DNA of 64,000 bases, taken from the NCBI GenBank assembly GCA_002269645.1, contig NIVC01001989.1, positions 62,001-126,000 on the forward strand, written 5' to 3'. Of the stretch, positions 12,698 through 50,340 are shown in pieces. This stretch comes from Macrostomum lignano. Lineage: Eukaryota. The translations under genes and the position numbers were made by a program. Positions within the stretch are counted from its first letter, which is position 1. The number at the start of each line of letters is the position of its first letter. The notes below the pieces were generated by a model. The model was not told where the DNA came from and searched no databases. It saw only the letters and a list, made by a program, of their open reading frames with translations.

Positions 12698-15189
12698 TAA
12701 AACGCTATCTACATTTAATAGCTTCTTGGATACGTGCTAATGCATTTTGGCCATAGACAGCCACCCAATTAGCGAGAACGGACGGAACCGCAGCCGAGCA
12801 GTTCATGGTTTCATTCATCTCCAGTGCGTTTCGACCTGTCTGTCAACCGAATTTTGTAGAATTTGTCGAAAGTGAAAGGAATGAACTCGCGTCTACTACA
12901 ATGGGCTTGCGACATCCTAATTGTACTCTTAGCAATTCGCGTCAACGCTGCATTTGAATTGGCGTTGTCTAAAAAACATTAATTCAATCTGAATATTTTA
13001 CAATACAGTTTTTGTTGTTGTTCCAATTAATCAATCAAATTTTCCCTGTCAATTCATTTTACTCGTCACTCTACTTTAGAAATCCTTTCTCACTAGAACA
13101 ATGCTGATTTGAATTGGCAGATTGAATTGGCAGTCAAATCAAACAAAGCAATGATGGTGTTTTGCACAGAAAATTCCACAGAATAGGTAACGCAACTTTA
13201 ATAAAAATGCTGGGCAGATATGACTAGTAATTCTTCAGGGTAAACATTCTCAAGCTAAGCTGAAAGCAATTAATGAACTGCTTTGACAAGTTAGAGAAAG
13301 AAGTCGAAAGTTTTTTAAAAAAAGCTAAAGCAATGATTTAAGCTAAGAGTTCCCTCAGATTGCAGTCACGGAATTAATGGCGAGCTTTATACAGCTCGGT
13401 TGGACCATAGGCTAAATTTCTGATTATATAAGGAACGAGACTTCACTCCGACTTTTTAAAATTTCATCAAAAATCAGCAAGTTACCGCAGGAAAGGTCGT
13501 TTACTTAGCAAGATTTAAAAATATTACAAATGGTGCTCAGTGGTCGGTTTTTCTGGCTTTAATGTTTATGGCCACTCGTGCCAGTTTCATAAGATGGCGA
13601 AGCAATCCAGATCGGACTGCATCGGACCACAATGCTTGTTGAATAAATAGAATAGGAACCGGCAGGCTTCCACTGATCAAGGCTCTCCAGTTTATCCAGA
13701 CTTGCGCTCTACCTCGGGTCAGTCGCAAGCAGCTTCTTTAAATCGTCGTCAGCGATTTCGTTCAACATGGGAAGCAGTCTGTCTTTCTATGTCCATATTC
13801 GGGAGGAAGAACTGACGGGTTGGTTAGAGAAACCGTTTCTTAGTTTTTTATAGTGGCAACTGCGAGCGTAACTTTCAGTTGTAATCTCCTTACCCCTCTT
13901 CCCTCACCCTCACCAGCGTGCAAGATTGATTTTTGATTGAAATTGAATCAAATAAGAATGATATTCAAGAACTCTCCAGGTAGTATGTTTAGACCATGCT
14001 TAGACCATTAACTCCAACTAGTTGAGCAAAAGAGAAAATATGATAAACAGTTGATATACGCTCGTAACGAGCTTTCTATGGTCAAAACTCCATTAGCCGC
14101 CAGAAAATTGTAGGCTTGAAGTTAACTCCATTAACTGTCTGGAAGCTTCTGATAGACGCTTATTTATAGAAAACAAAAAATAGTCTATGGTAGTGGGTCC
14201 TGCCCCCGTTCCTCCGTCTCTCACTCTCAAAGTGCAACTTAGGCGAGAATGTCTATGGTTTTTTTAGAGGCAGGGGGTTGTGTGCACCCTGGCGCACTTT
14301 AAGCGACATAGGCACACAACCGGCGAGAGGCATTACTGCCCATTCCGCCGACTCCCCTGAGCAGGCATACAAGCGCGCGGATACGTACGCAGGCACACAC
14401 TCACACAGGAGTGTACAGTGGCCCTAACTTTATATTATCGTTAGACATGTACACTTCACTGCGCCTTGGGGGGTTGGCTCTCAAGGTCGTTAATTCTACG
14501 AGCAGAGCCAAGCCGAGATTCCGATTCAGCCCCAAATTAATGTGACTGCACTTGGAATCGAGCCTGGGTCGCTGGCACACCAGAGCCTGCGCTAAGCTCC
14601 CCGAATGTCTATGGTACAACATAATTAATACTCATGCTTTATGGGTGTTGTATATATTACCGTTACATATAACTTGGCTTTAAGGGCTATAATGGGAAAG
14701 CTAGATAGTTCCGACTGCTACTGTACCCATAAACTACATGGTATACCATAGATACATGCTATACATGTACTGGTTGGGTCAGCCAAGCTAATAGTTAAGC
14801 CAACCAAATTGAGAATTCTCATTTGACAGCAGTAAATTTGCTTGGCTTGCTAAGAAGGCACTGGCTATACGGAGTAAACTCTGGCCTCAAGCTCTGGTAG
14901 CAAGACTGAGTTTGTTGCAGAAAGAGCACCTGTCCGAATAAAAGTGCACTTGTAGTGATTTACTATGGATGCTTTGAGCGAGGATGATTACAGAAGGCTG
15001 ATTCGATTTTCTCACGCAAGTGTGAAGTTTCTGGCATACTTGGCATTCTGGATTCTTGGCTTTATTTAAGCATACAAGGGTGGAGCATCTCGGCGTTTTC
15101 GTATTGAGTTGACATTTTTTCTACCACCTTAGCATATCTTGCTTGTGAGGCGAGCCTTGTTCGTTCCCTTAAAGCATAGGAATAGTATT

Positions 15190-15326
15190 GTACATTAATA
15201 CCCATGCTTTAAGGGCGTTAATGGGAAAATCAGAGGGCACCGTTAGGCCGTTAGGCGTTAGCCGTTAGCCGTTAGGCGCCCTCTGATTTTCCCATTAACG
15301 CCCTTAAAGCATAGGTATTAATGTAC
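15190..15326. mobile_element. Palindromic MITE-like element: 49-bp inverted arms around a (CCGTTAG/G)n spacer
   Basis: 15190-15238 is the reverse complement of 15278-15326 with one mismatch. Related arm fragments at ~14620-14700 and ~15165-15187. Confidence 0.7.
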
Positions 15327-16977
15327 TATTAATAAGTGCCCAGCGGGCACAAAGGTCATGGTACAATCTACATTAAGACCTAGATTGCTATGTTTAAACC
15401 GTAAAGAAAAGGAAAGGCCCGAATTTCATAACCAATTTGTCTATGGCTCCAATCGACTGAGCTCGGGTGGCTGAAAGTCTGCTCGAAGTTTGAGATAAAT
15501 CTTTATCTTTTTTTCGTAAGAAAAGTGAGCGGTTGCTCAATTAATCCAAGTAGGAGCATTTACTCCTTAGCAATTCGCATATTATAAAGCACAGAAAAAT
15601 CGAATACGATTTTTTAATTTCTTTTCTCAACACATTTGCATTTAATTTCGGCATCATGGACTTTTTTGTCTCTGTTTACCAAGTTAGCTTTGCCGAAATC
15701 GTTTCTCGCTTCGAGACATGAGCAAAACTTTAATCAGCCTAGTGAAACAGTCTTGAGGCGAAACCGGCATTTTGTGAAGAATCTAGCGAAAAAATCTATA
15801 TTGAGTTGACACATTTTGTTTTTAGTGTCTGTAGTGCAGCGTCCTGTGGTCTTAAAGTTAAATAATGAGCTTCTTCTCGGACTGCAAGCAGTCGCGTGGT
15901 ATGACAGAACCTCCATCTATCATAAAGAATAAACAGAGCTACATGTATAGTATAGAAATATTTAGCAAGGTGTGCCAAAGTGTGGCGCATCCAAGGCCAC
16001 AGACTGCTGGCACTGCTGGATTCGCAGCTCCCATCCTAGGGTGGCGTGAGGGGTGACGCAAGCAGCCTATTCACCTGTACTCCGCTTAACTTGTGCAGTT
16101 TCACGTGCTCAATGCAAACGCGAACACTCAAAAGTAAACCGCGGCAAGCCTGCTCAATTATAAAGCCTTCTGTCATCCGCTCAGCACAATGGCGTGGAGA
16201 TTCACGGAAGCGGGAAATCCGATGCGTGCAAAAAATTGAAAAATGCGACATAGAATTTCAGATTCAGAGCGATGGCTGGCCACCGGAGCATGGAGTCTGC
16301 TGTGGAGGACCGTCTAATTGGAGCAGGCCGCTAGCAGGCCGGAATATCGATTCCTTATTCCTGCCGCGTCATTCACGCCGGCTTCCCGTGCAGCCTCCCG
16401 AGCCTGACAGTTGCCATTCTTTCCCGAGCGACTTTCCTCGGGAGTCGACGCCCTCGGGGTGGTTGCGGGAGCTTGTGGGAGGGGTGGGAGTGTCTGAGGA
16501 AATCAGCCCCCCATCTTGTCGTCCATTGGCTGGGGGCAGCTCAGCTTAGCATCCCGGAACTGCATCTCCCATTCTGCATCCCCCAGTTTCCACTTCCCAC
16601 ACTTTGAGACTCCTCATTCCCACCCAGGCATTTATTCCCCAGCCTAGCCAGCCCATTGGGACTGTGAGCTATTTTTCAACCTCAAATAACTGCACTCCAG
16701 AGCGCAGTTTATCGCGCCCGGCTCCCAAATCCCAGCTGGCTCCGCTCACATCCTCAGTAATTTCTGTGTACCTAAGCCCTTGGGGCGATGCGGCGCACTG
16801 GAACTCGCTGCTAAGGGCTTTGCATCCACACCTGACCAATAGAATCCTAATAATTCCCACCAACTTGGCCCAGTAGTGCACTGTCCGAGTGTTAATGGGC
16901 CAGAAGCCGCCCGCCCATCTTTAGCTCTCAATCTTCGAATTGCTTCTATCGGGAAAGAAGGCCAAAGCTCAAAGAGG

Positions 16978-17060
16978 ATGGCCACGGCTCGGCAGGTGAA
17001 AATTCTAGTTGAAGACGTCAGCGATTCATCAGGCGGAGCGGCGCGCAGTCACCAAGGCGG
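16978..17060 (+). CDS. Candidate alternative first coding exon of the DGK gene (MATARQVKILVEDVSDSSGGAARSHQG)
   Basis: ATG at 16978, donor GG|GTGAGT at 17061, phase 2, which matches the DGK exon 2 acceptor at 25019. No transcript evidence. Confidence 0.45.
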
Positions 17061-18432
17061 GTGAGTTCGCTGAGATTATTTGTTCCCTATGAAAAGTACA
17101 ACGCCAAGTGCAGGCTATGCAGAGATTAACAAAAAAAGAGAGCAGAATCAAAGAGCAGAAAAGTCAGGCGCACCAGAAAAGGCAAGACAGGAAATTGGAA
17201 TTGTCAGGAGGCAGAAAAATCGACATAGAGTTTGGTGTCAGGGGCTGCAGGCCAGGATAATGAAGATTGAAACAAAAGGTAGCGACAAAGCAAACCAAAG
17301 TCGCTTCCATTTTTCAAATCAAAGAGAATGATTTCGAGATAAATCAGCTCGGCAGAAATCAGTGCTGACAGCCAGGGGTCGGGGGTTCCGCTACTGGCAG
17401 AGGCGCAGCTCGAAGAAGACGAGCACAAAACCGATTCAGTCCTTGGCTGCGGAAGAGAGGCGGAAAAGCAATCAAAACCGACCCCGATGGATTTTATAGA
17501 TTGGCAGCTCGTGTAGAGACAAGCGGCTTAAATGCACTTTCTTCACCCTGCTTCAGGTCCCTCTGTCTGTCTCCTAGATCTGACCCATCCATTCTCTGGC
17601 AAACACTTGCACTCTCTTTCTCTGCGTGCACTTTTGTCCCTATTTCAAGTCCGCGCGCACTTGGCTCGATTCTGCAGCTCTGCAGTTTTGTTGGCGAAGA
17701 GAATTCTCCCCTCTCTCGTAGCTGAATGCAGCTGGATGGAGCGCGCCATCCGCTGAAATTCATTCCGCTAACCTTGCAGACTTTCAGCGCTACTTGAGAT
17801 TGGCTCGTGCTGCCTTGTTTGGACAGCCCAGCTCTGGGTGACTCGCTCTCTCTCTCTCTCGTGTTGTGTGCGCGTGCAAACAATAGAAGGCAGCCTGCTA
17901 GCTGCTGCAACACCGAGGCTTAAGCCATGGCCAATGCAGGCATTTTCTTAATTAAAGTGCATCCGCTGCTACTGCCAATCGGGATTGAACTTTTTAATAG
18001 TCACGTGACAAAGTTATAGATATATTTAAGTTACAATGACGTGGAAAAAATGTCCAAATGCAATACTAAAGGCTAAAGTCGATATCTAGAAGAGCTAGGA
18101 GATCTGTCTGTTTTGACAAATGGAAGAAATAACAAAATATTGGAGAGCGACTGCACTTAGAGTACTTATGCGCCCACCTGGGACCCGAAATGCGATACAG
18201 AGAGTCAGGTGTATCGCTGCTCACAGTGCTAATTGCCCTTAGCCAGGAAGCAAATGCAGAGCCCCCAGCCATTAGCTTCGAAGTGAAGCTTAGGCTTATG
18301 CGGAATTCTAAACCATTCCCCTGCGCTCCACCAGCTAGCAACAGACTTGCGGCCTATCAGTTCCTACTTTCGATTAGTTGCTAAGGCATTAGCCGTGGTA
18401 TTTAACGGTTTTACTTCCGGATTAATAAGCCA

Positions 18433-18799
18433 TCAATCCCCAATAATGAGACATTCACCTTCACAGGCATTGTGAGTCGGGGTCGCGAATGAGAGAGTCT
18501 CGCAGATGTCCAAAGTTGCAGGCATCCGCTGCCTTGCGCAGTCGCTGGTGTCACTGGTCCACTGACTCTTCTGCGGGCTGTCGACAGGTCTCAAATTTGA
18601 AGCGGAGGAAGACAATGTTGTTCTTGCCGTCCCAGTGTTGCTGGATGCTTTTTGCGAGGTCCTTGTCACCCTCACCTGCCGCGATCTGGTTCTCCTGAAC
18701 TACATTCTGCAGTTCTTCTCCGGCCGCATAACGAAGCAGCTGCTGCGCCCTTTTCTCGTCAGAAATTCCGGCCGCTGCGATGTACGAGCTAGGTCTCAA
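18433..18799 (-). pseudogene. Degraded LTR-retrotransposon (Ty3/Gypsy-like) Gag fragment
   Basis: YIAAAGISDEKRAQQLLRYAAGEE...HWDGKNNIVFLRFKFETCRQPAEESVDQ resembles the Gag pattern GI-D-x-LLL-G-E..N-R-F-Q-ESVD; frameshifted, no LTR or pol seen. Confidence 0.5.
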
Positions 18800-19961
18800 A
18801 CCTGCGAGCTAAATAGTCACTGGAAACCGCAATCAGTAACCATAGATTGCAGCACCCCTCCGATTCACATTGATTGGGCGTGGCCCGATGTACATAAGTA
18901 AAGTACACACGCGACCCCGACTCACAGGCATGATGAACCTTCGGGATCCTGAACACGAATAAAAACCGAGAGCGTATTGTCAATAAGCCATCAGTCATGG
19001 AGATGCAGTTTCCAACTAAATCAATTGAGTTGTTGGCCTGAGATCCGGTTCCCAGCCAGATTAAAAAGATAATAAATAAAGATTGCTGCACTTCTCCAGT
19101 GCTGCATGGCGGCTTATCGCAGAAATCTGAGCAGCTCCCAGCTGAGGCCTCCAACCCATGCTTTCCTGCGCTCCCCCCGGCCCAGCTGAACTCATCAGTT
19201 CAAGAAAAACGAGCTAGAGAAAGTGCACAAAGCTGTGGCTAGCATGCAGTGTTTCTGTTGCTTCCAGATGGAGCATAGCAATTTCCGCCCCATTCTCAAA
19301 AGCCTATCGGCTTCTTCGTGTCCTCCGCATTCGACTGAGAATTGATCATTTCTCTCTCTCTAGGGCTTCATTTCGTGACTGATTTGCTCATTTCCTGCGA
19401 CGATGCGCCTCCGCTGACCCCGATGAAGAATTAAAGGCAGCAGGCTTTTATATTTAGTACCCCCCCCCCCCCTAGTAAATTTGCATGCTCAGCTAGTGAT
19501 GCTGATGGATTGCTCACCAAAAATCGAGTGAAATGCGCGGCCGCTCCGAAATTATGAACAAGGATAAATGAGACCACAGAAGATAAAAGATTAACAAATG
19601 GGGCGGTGCCTACGGGCTTACGGAAAAAATAAAAACCACTAAGTTGTCAGAGTCATCCCGAATTACTAAACTGCTTAGGTGTTTAAGTTTAATAAACTCT
19701 ATTGAGGAGTCCTTTTGAAACCTGTGACGCGATGAAATGGAGATTAAAGATTCCCAATAAGAATCGTGTTCCTGCACTGTTCCTACTACGACCCGGCTAG
19801 CACTGTGAGTCCGTCTTGGGCACATTGAGGCAGCATTGGTACTGGGCCAGCAAGAGTTCGCGTCTTGCAGATAGGGGGTGGGCGGTGATAACTCACGCAA
19901 GACCCGGAAAGCGGACACAGGACGGGCACTGCTGCAGTTTCTCACTATCTGGAGACTCTTC

Positions 19962-19965
<4 letters not shown>

Positions 19966-20015
<50 letters not shown>
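19966..20015. repeat. (GA)n microsatellite
   Basis: Direct reading. Confidence 0.95.
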
Positions 20016-20019
<4 letters not shown>

Positions 20020-20869
20020 GAGCGCCAGGCTGCTGATGCCGTTCGCACGCAGCTCGCTGTTTGCATAGAGATTAAAGCCTTATCGCTACTGGCCGGGACC
20101 CGCTAACTGAGGCCGCCCGCTTTAGCCTTGTTCGAGGATCATAAATCGTTGGGTTGTTGGGCCAAGTAAGGCCTTGCTTACACGGTGAGGGTCCTGTGGG
20201 AGTTGGTATTAAGGATAATCGAGCTTCGAGAGATCCGAGTCGCCGCGCGCTGCTCATCTATGCTCGATCTCTCTCTCTCTCTCTCTCCTGGGCAGATACC
20301 GCACAGAAAAGCGCATGCTTGGGCACCGCGTCTTTTCTCCGCGATGAAACTGATAATTAAAGTTGGCGTCATCGACCAACGGGGAGTGGCTCAAGGTTCC
20401 GTCACCAAGGCTTTGCTTGCTGGGTTGGACTTTTACTGTTTTCTTTGAGAAATTTTGCTAATTTACGCTATCAAATTGCGCCTCCAATAAAATAGAATTG
20501 GATAATGTTACGGCCTTTTTCAACTAAATCCAGGCTTAGCCATGTCATTAGTGTCTTTGATTGCTAGTTAGGATAGTTAGCTGTTTAGCGATCTCTTGAA
20601 TATCGTTTTCCCGCCATATCCTAGCTACTAGATTCAAGCTAGACAGACTACTGTTAGTAGTGCTGTTTGAGCGTCAACTGCATGCTCAGTAGTCACCAAT
20701 AAAGAAAAGTTTTTTGATAATAAAATTTATAAACATTTTTGCCTCTATACCTCTCTAGCTATGCCTCTCTATTCGAGGTCCCCGGCTCCTTTGAAACTTC
20801 ACAATAATACGCTTAAGGTTTGTGTCTCTTCTCAGCTCTCTTCTTTCTTATCTCTCCATCTTCTTTTGT

Positions 20870-21070
20870 TCTCCTCTCCTCTCCTCTCCTCTCCTCTTCT
20901 CTCATCTCCTCTCCTCTCCTCTCCTCTCCTCTCCTCTCCTCTCCTCTCCTCTCCTCTCCTCTCCTCTCCTCTCCTCTCCTCTCCTCTCCTCTCCTCTCAT
21001 CTCCTCTCCTCTCCTCTCCTCTCCTCTCCTCTCCTCTCCTCTCCTCTCCTCTCCTCTCCTCTCCTCTCTT
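20870..21070. repeat. (CTCCT)n microsatellite
   Basis: Direct reading. Confidence 0.95.
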
Positions 21071-21515
21071 CTGCTTTATTCCATCGCCTTGATTCACCCC
21101 TCTCTTTTCTCTTCTCTATTCCCTCTCCTCTCTCCCCTCCTCTACCCCGCAGTCATGTGCTAAGTTCTCTATTTGGCCCGTTAGGTAAAGAGAAGTTTGC
21201 TGACTCCTTTTCAAAATCGAAAAATAAAATATAGGAAGCATTGTTAGGGCGACTTTTTCATTTCCATTAGGCCCGTGTCCCCCATTTGCGGGCCAAAGAA
21301 TCGCCAAACAGCTAAGCCAAGAATCCCAGCCCAATGGGCAGTCAGTAAACTTATCCTCAACCTCAAACCCGGGGCCAGGCAGTCCGCACTAAGGGGATAA
21401 ATGGGAGGAGGAGGGGTTGAGCCGGCTAAATCCCAATACGAGTCGCTCAATATTTACTCCTAGGAGTTTGACAGCAGCTCGAACGCAGACGGGCATAAAA
21501 ATTCAGATTGAAGCC

Positions 21516-45731
<24,216 letters not shown>

Positions 45732-46039
45732 ATCAGAGATTGACACGACTGGCAGACCCTGTAAATCACTGTTACTGACCTTGCAATGAGATTAAATCGA
45801 AACGTTATGTAAAACCAAAAACAATTTTGATTGTATGTATTGTATGTATTTGATTGTATTTCAACAAAATATTGTCGTCATTGTTGTGCGGACTTCAAGT
45901 TCTTGATAGTTATTAACTAAGCCTACGAATTGGGCTGCACTCAACGCCAGCCGCACAGAAGTTAACCAATGCCTCAAGCGTTCCACGCAGGGTACCACAC
46001 ACGAGCGCAAAAATGGCGCCCACTTAAATGAAGTGGTGA

Positions 46040-46680
46040 CCCCTCAAATAAAATGGCATCCCTTCGAATGAAGTGGCGCCCCCTCAAAATGAATGGGCGC
46101 CCCCTCGAATGAAATGGCGCCCCCTCGAATGAAGTGGCGCCCCTCGAATGAAATGGCGCCCCCTCGAATGAAATGGCGCCCCCTCGAATGAAGTGGCAAC
46201 CGCTCGAATGAAATGGCGCCCCCTCGAATGAAATGGCGCCCCCTCGAATGAAGTGGCAACCGCTCGAATGAAATGGCGCCCCCTCGAATGAAATGGCGCC
46301 CCCTCGAATGAAGTGGCAACCGCTCGAATGAAGTGGTACCCCCTCAAATGAATTGGCGCCCTCGAATGAAGTGGCGCCCGCTCGAATGAAGTGGCGCCCC
46401 CTCGAATGAATTGGCGCCCCTCGAATGAAGTGGCGCCCCCTCGAATGAAGTGGCGCCCCCTCAAATAAAGTGGCACCCCCTCAAATGAATGGGCGCCCCC
46501 TCGAATGAAGTGACACCCCCTCGAATGAAATGGCACCCCCTCGAATGAAGTGACACCCCCTCGAATGAAATGGCACCCCCTCGAATGAAGTGGCACCCCC
46601 TCGAATGAAATGGCACCCCCTCGAATGAAGTGGCACCCCCTCGAATGAAATAGCGTCCCTCTCGAATGAAATGGCGCTGG
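46040..46680. repeat. ~21-bp repeat GAATGAAGTGGCGCCCCCTC
   Basis: About 30 units between the convergent DGK and TAF12 3' ends. Confidence 0.9.
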
Positions 46681-47329
46681 ATTTCTAGTATAAAGTTAAT
46701 GACATTGCACTGATGTACATTGGTGCATTTACTTTGATTGCGCCTGATTAATTAATTAAAATCCTGAAATTCGCTTAGACTTATTTTTACAACTTATAAT
46801 TTATAACTTTATAAAGTTTAAAGTTATACAACATACTGTTTTTTAGTATCTATTTTTAGCGCTACAAACTTTCACGCATTGTGGCTTTCACGGCGCAATC
46901 AACTGCGAATGATTGCCGTTAAGCTGATAATTACAGGATAGAACAGACAAGGGTAATAGATTGGCCGCCAGCGATATATCCACTTAAATACTTAAAATAC
47001 TTACTGAATTCCTACCAGACACTGGGATCTCTGGTAACAGGTCCGGCCTAAAAAGAGGCTTACCAGACAAATGTACAAAACATTACAAAATATACTAAAG
47101 TAAATGGAAAAGTTGATCATATTATTATATCAGATATAATAAGTCAATGACGCTGCACTGGATAGTGCAGAGAGTCTCAGCTGCCTGATGCGTCACGCCA
47201 CCCCGGTCTTCATGCTCACTAATTCATGCAATTCGTGAAATTAGTAATGCTTCTTCAGACCAGATTAATAGAATCGACATTTGAAATTGAAAACATCCGA
47301 GACAGGGGACAGGGGAAAGGTTGCATGAC

Positions 47330-47715
47330 AGGCATGAGGTGGGTTACCTATGGGGTATGAGGTGGGTTATCTACGGGGTATGAGGTGGGTTGCCTACGGG
47401 GTATGAGGTGGGTTGCCTACCTGACAGGCATGAGGTGGGCTACCTGACAGGCATGAGGTGGGCTACCTGACAGGCATGAGGTGGACTATCTGACAGGCAT
47501 GAGGTGGACTACCTGACAGGCATGAGGTGGACTACCTGACAGGCATGAGGTGGACTACCTGACAGGCATGAGGTGGGCTACCTGACAGGCATGAGGTGGA
47601 CTACCTGACAGGCATGAGGTGGACTACCTGACAGGCATGAGGTGGACTACCTGACAGGCATGAGGTGGACTACCTGACAGGCATGAGGTGGGCTACTTGA
47701 AGGACGTGGGCTACC
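47330..47715. repeat. 23-bp repeat ACCTGACAGGCATGAGGTGGACT
   Basis: Downstream of the TAF12 stop. Confidence 0.9.
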
Positions 47716-47842
47716 TGATGGGCAGTGAATAACTATCTGAATGACGAAGCAATCTCCCTGAAGGGTCTGAGGTTCAAAACATAATAACGGCTTGAGAACA
47801 ACAACAATCGCCCTACAGCGGTAAGAAAAGCAATCCGAGCAA

Positions 47843-50340
47843 TCAGTGCTTCTTCATCGCCTTCTTAATCAGCATCAACCGCTGCCGGTGCGCCTCAGTT
47901 GTCAACTGCTTCCGCGGAGCCCGCAACGCGCCGCCGCCGCCGCTCGGTCCGGTCTCGGCTGCGAAGCCGGGCACCTCGATGCCGTAGTGCCGCTCGACAA
48001 CTAAAGCGACGTCTTTGGCCTCCAGCACCGAGGAGCCGCGGTGCTTGGCCAGCTGGCAGGCCTGGTGCGCCACGGCGTCAACAAAATCGTCGGCCAGCTC
48101 AAGCAGCAGGTCGGACACCTCGTCGTCAAGCAGCAGCGTCGGATCCAGCTGCTTGGCCAGGTCGGCCAGCTGGCGCGGCTCCACCTGCCTGCGGGTCGGG
48201 GTGGGGGTGAATGTGAGGTAACAGCTGGGGTGAATGTGAGGTGACAGCTGGGGTGAATGTGAGGTGACAGCTGGGGTGAATGTGAGGTGACAGCTGGGGT
48301 GAATGTGAGGTGACAGCTGGGGTGAATGTGAGGTGACAGCTGGGGTGAATGTGAGGTGACAGCTGGGGTGAATGTGAGGTGACAGCTGGGGTGAATGTGA
48401 GGTGACAGCTGGGGTGAATGTGAGGTGACAGCTGGGGTGAATGTGAGGTGACAGCTGGGGTGAATGTGAGGTGACAGCTGGGGTGAATGCGGGGTGACAG
48501 CTGGGGGTGAATGTGGTGACGGAGCTGGGGTGAATGTGGTGACGGAGCTGGGGTGAATGTGGTGACAAAGCTGGGGAGAATGTGGTGACAAAGCTGGGGA
48601 GAATGTGAAGTGACGGAGCTGGGGAGAATGTGAAGTGACGGAGCTGAGGAGAATGTGAAGTGACGGAGCTGGGGAGAATGTGAAGTGACGGAGCTGAGGA
48701 GAATGTGAAGTGACGGAGCTGGGGAGAATGTGAAGTGACGGAGCTGAGAAGAATGTGAAGTGACGGAGCTGAGGAGAATGTGAAGTGACGGAGCTGGGGA
48801 GAATGTGAAGTGACGGAGCTGGGGAGAATGTGAAGTGACGGAGCTGAGGAGAATGTGAAGTGACGGAGCTGGGGAGAATGTGAAGTGACGGAGCTGAGGA
48901 GAATGTGAAGTGACGGAGCTGGGGAGAATGTGAAGTGACGGAGCTGAGAAGAATGTGAAGTGACGGAGCTGAGGAGAATGTGAAGTGACGGAGCTGGGGA
49001 GAATGTGAAGTGACGGAGCTGAGGAGAATGTGAAGTGACGGAGCTGGGGAGAATGTGAAGTGACGGAGCTGGGGAGAATGTGAAGTGACGGAGCTGAGGA
49101 GAATGTGAAGTGACGGAGCTGGGGAGAATGTGAAGTGACGGAGCTGAGGAGAATGTGAAGTGACGGAGCTGAGGAGAATGTGAAGTGACGGAGCTGGGGA
49201 GAATGTGAAGTGACGGAGCTGAGGAGAATGTGAAGTGACGGAGCTGAGGAGAATGTGAAGTGACGGAGCTGAGGAGAATGTGAAGTGACGGAGCTGGGGA
49301 GAATGTGAAGTGACGGAGCTGAGGAGAATGTGAAGTGACGGAGCTGAGGAGAATGTGAAGTGACGGAGCTGAGGAGAATGTGAAGTGACGGAGCTGAGGA
49401 GAATGTGAAGTGACGGAGCTGAGGAGAATGTGAAGTGACGGAGCTGGGGAGAATGTGAAGTGACGGAGCTGGGGAGAATGTGAAGTGACGGAGCTGAGGA
49501 GAATGTGAAGTGACGGAGCTGAGGAGAATGTGAAGTGACGGAGCTGAGGAGAATGTGAAGTGACGGAGCTGAGGAGAATGTGAAGTGACGGAGCTGGGGA
49601 GAATGTGAAGTGACGGAGCTGGGGAGAATGTGAAGTGACGGAGCTGAGGAGAATGTGAAGTGACGGAGCTGAGGAGAATGTGAAGTGACGGAGCTGAGGA
49701 GAATGTGAAGTGACGGAGCTGGGGTGACGGAGCTGCGGTAAAAGTGAGGTGACAGCAGGGGAGAGTGTGAGATGACAACTGGGGTGAATTTGAGATGACA
49801 GCTGGGGTGAATGTAGGGAGACAGTTGGGGTGGGTGAATGTGGTCAGAAAAGCAGGATTGGGCTGAGCTTTACTTGTTGGCATTGGCAGTGGCGGCCAGG
49901 CCGGTCGCAGAAGCGGCAGCGGGGGACGTAGCGGCGGGCGCGGCAATGACGGTGGCGCCAGGAGGCGCGGTTGCAATATTTGTAGTAACTCGTTGAGGCT
50001 GCGATACGGACAGCTGACTGGTTGTAGCCAGATGGGTCTGCTGCTGCTGCTGCTGCATCTGGGCGGCGCTGATCTGCGGCATGTAGTGCCCGTGAATGAC
50101 CTGGGCGCTGTGGCCAGGGCCGCCTGCCGGAGCCAGCACAGTCACGGACGGGGTTCCGCCGGAGACCGACACGGAGACTGGCACGGAGACGCCGCCTTGG
50201 ACAGCTGAGGACAGCGGGATGCAGGTGGTCACCGTTTGATGCTGCTGCTGTTGAAGCATCCCAACGCCACTAGTGGCACCGGAGACGGTCACGTAGGTTG
50301 TGGCGGTGGCCGGGCCCGCCGAGCTTTGGTTGAAGTTCAT
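47843..50340 (-). CDS. TAF12: TFIID subunit 12 (histone fold), 270 aa, two exons
   Basis: Exon 1 50340-49874 (Q/low-complexity, donor AA|GTAAAG); exon 2 48188-47843 (acceptor CCGCAG|G; LADLAKQLDP, LLELADDFVD, ACQLAKHRGS, KDVALVVERHYG, TTEAHRQRLMLIKK). 813 nt, in frame. Confidence 0.93.
48205..49830. repeat. 23-bp and 25-bp minisatellites filling the TAF12 intron
   Basis: + units GTGACAGCTGGGGTGAATGTGAG (~48205-48590) and GTGACGGAGCTGAGGAGAATGTGAA (~48590-49720). Confidence 0.95.

Noticed and set aside
13767-13826. MGSSLS... start as a myristoylated alternative first exon of DGK
   Set aside because: Fits M-G-x-x-x-S, but the only phase-2 donor is weak (TG|GTTAGA) and nothing else supports it.
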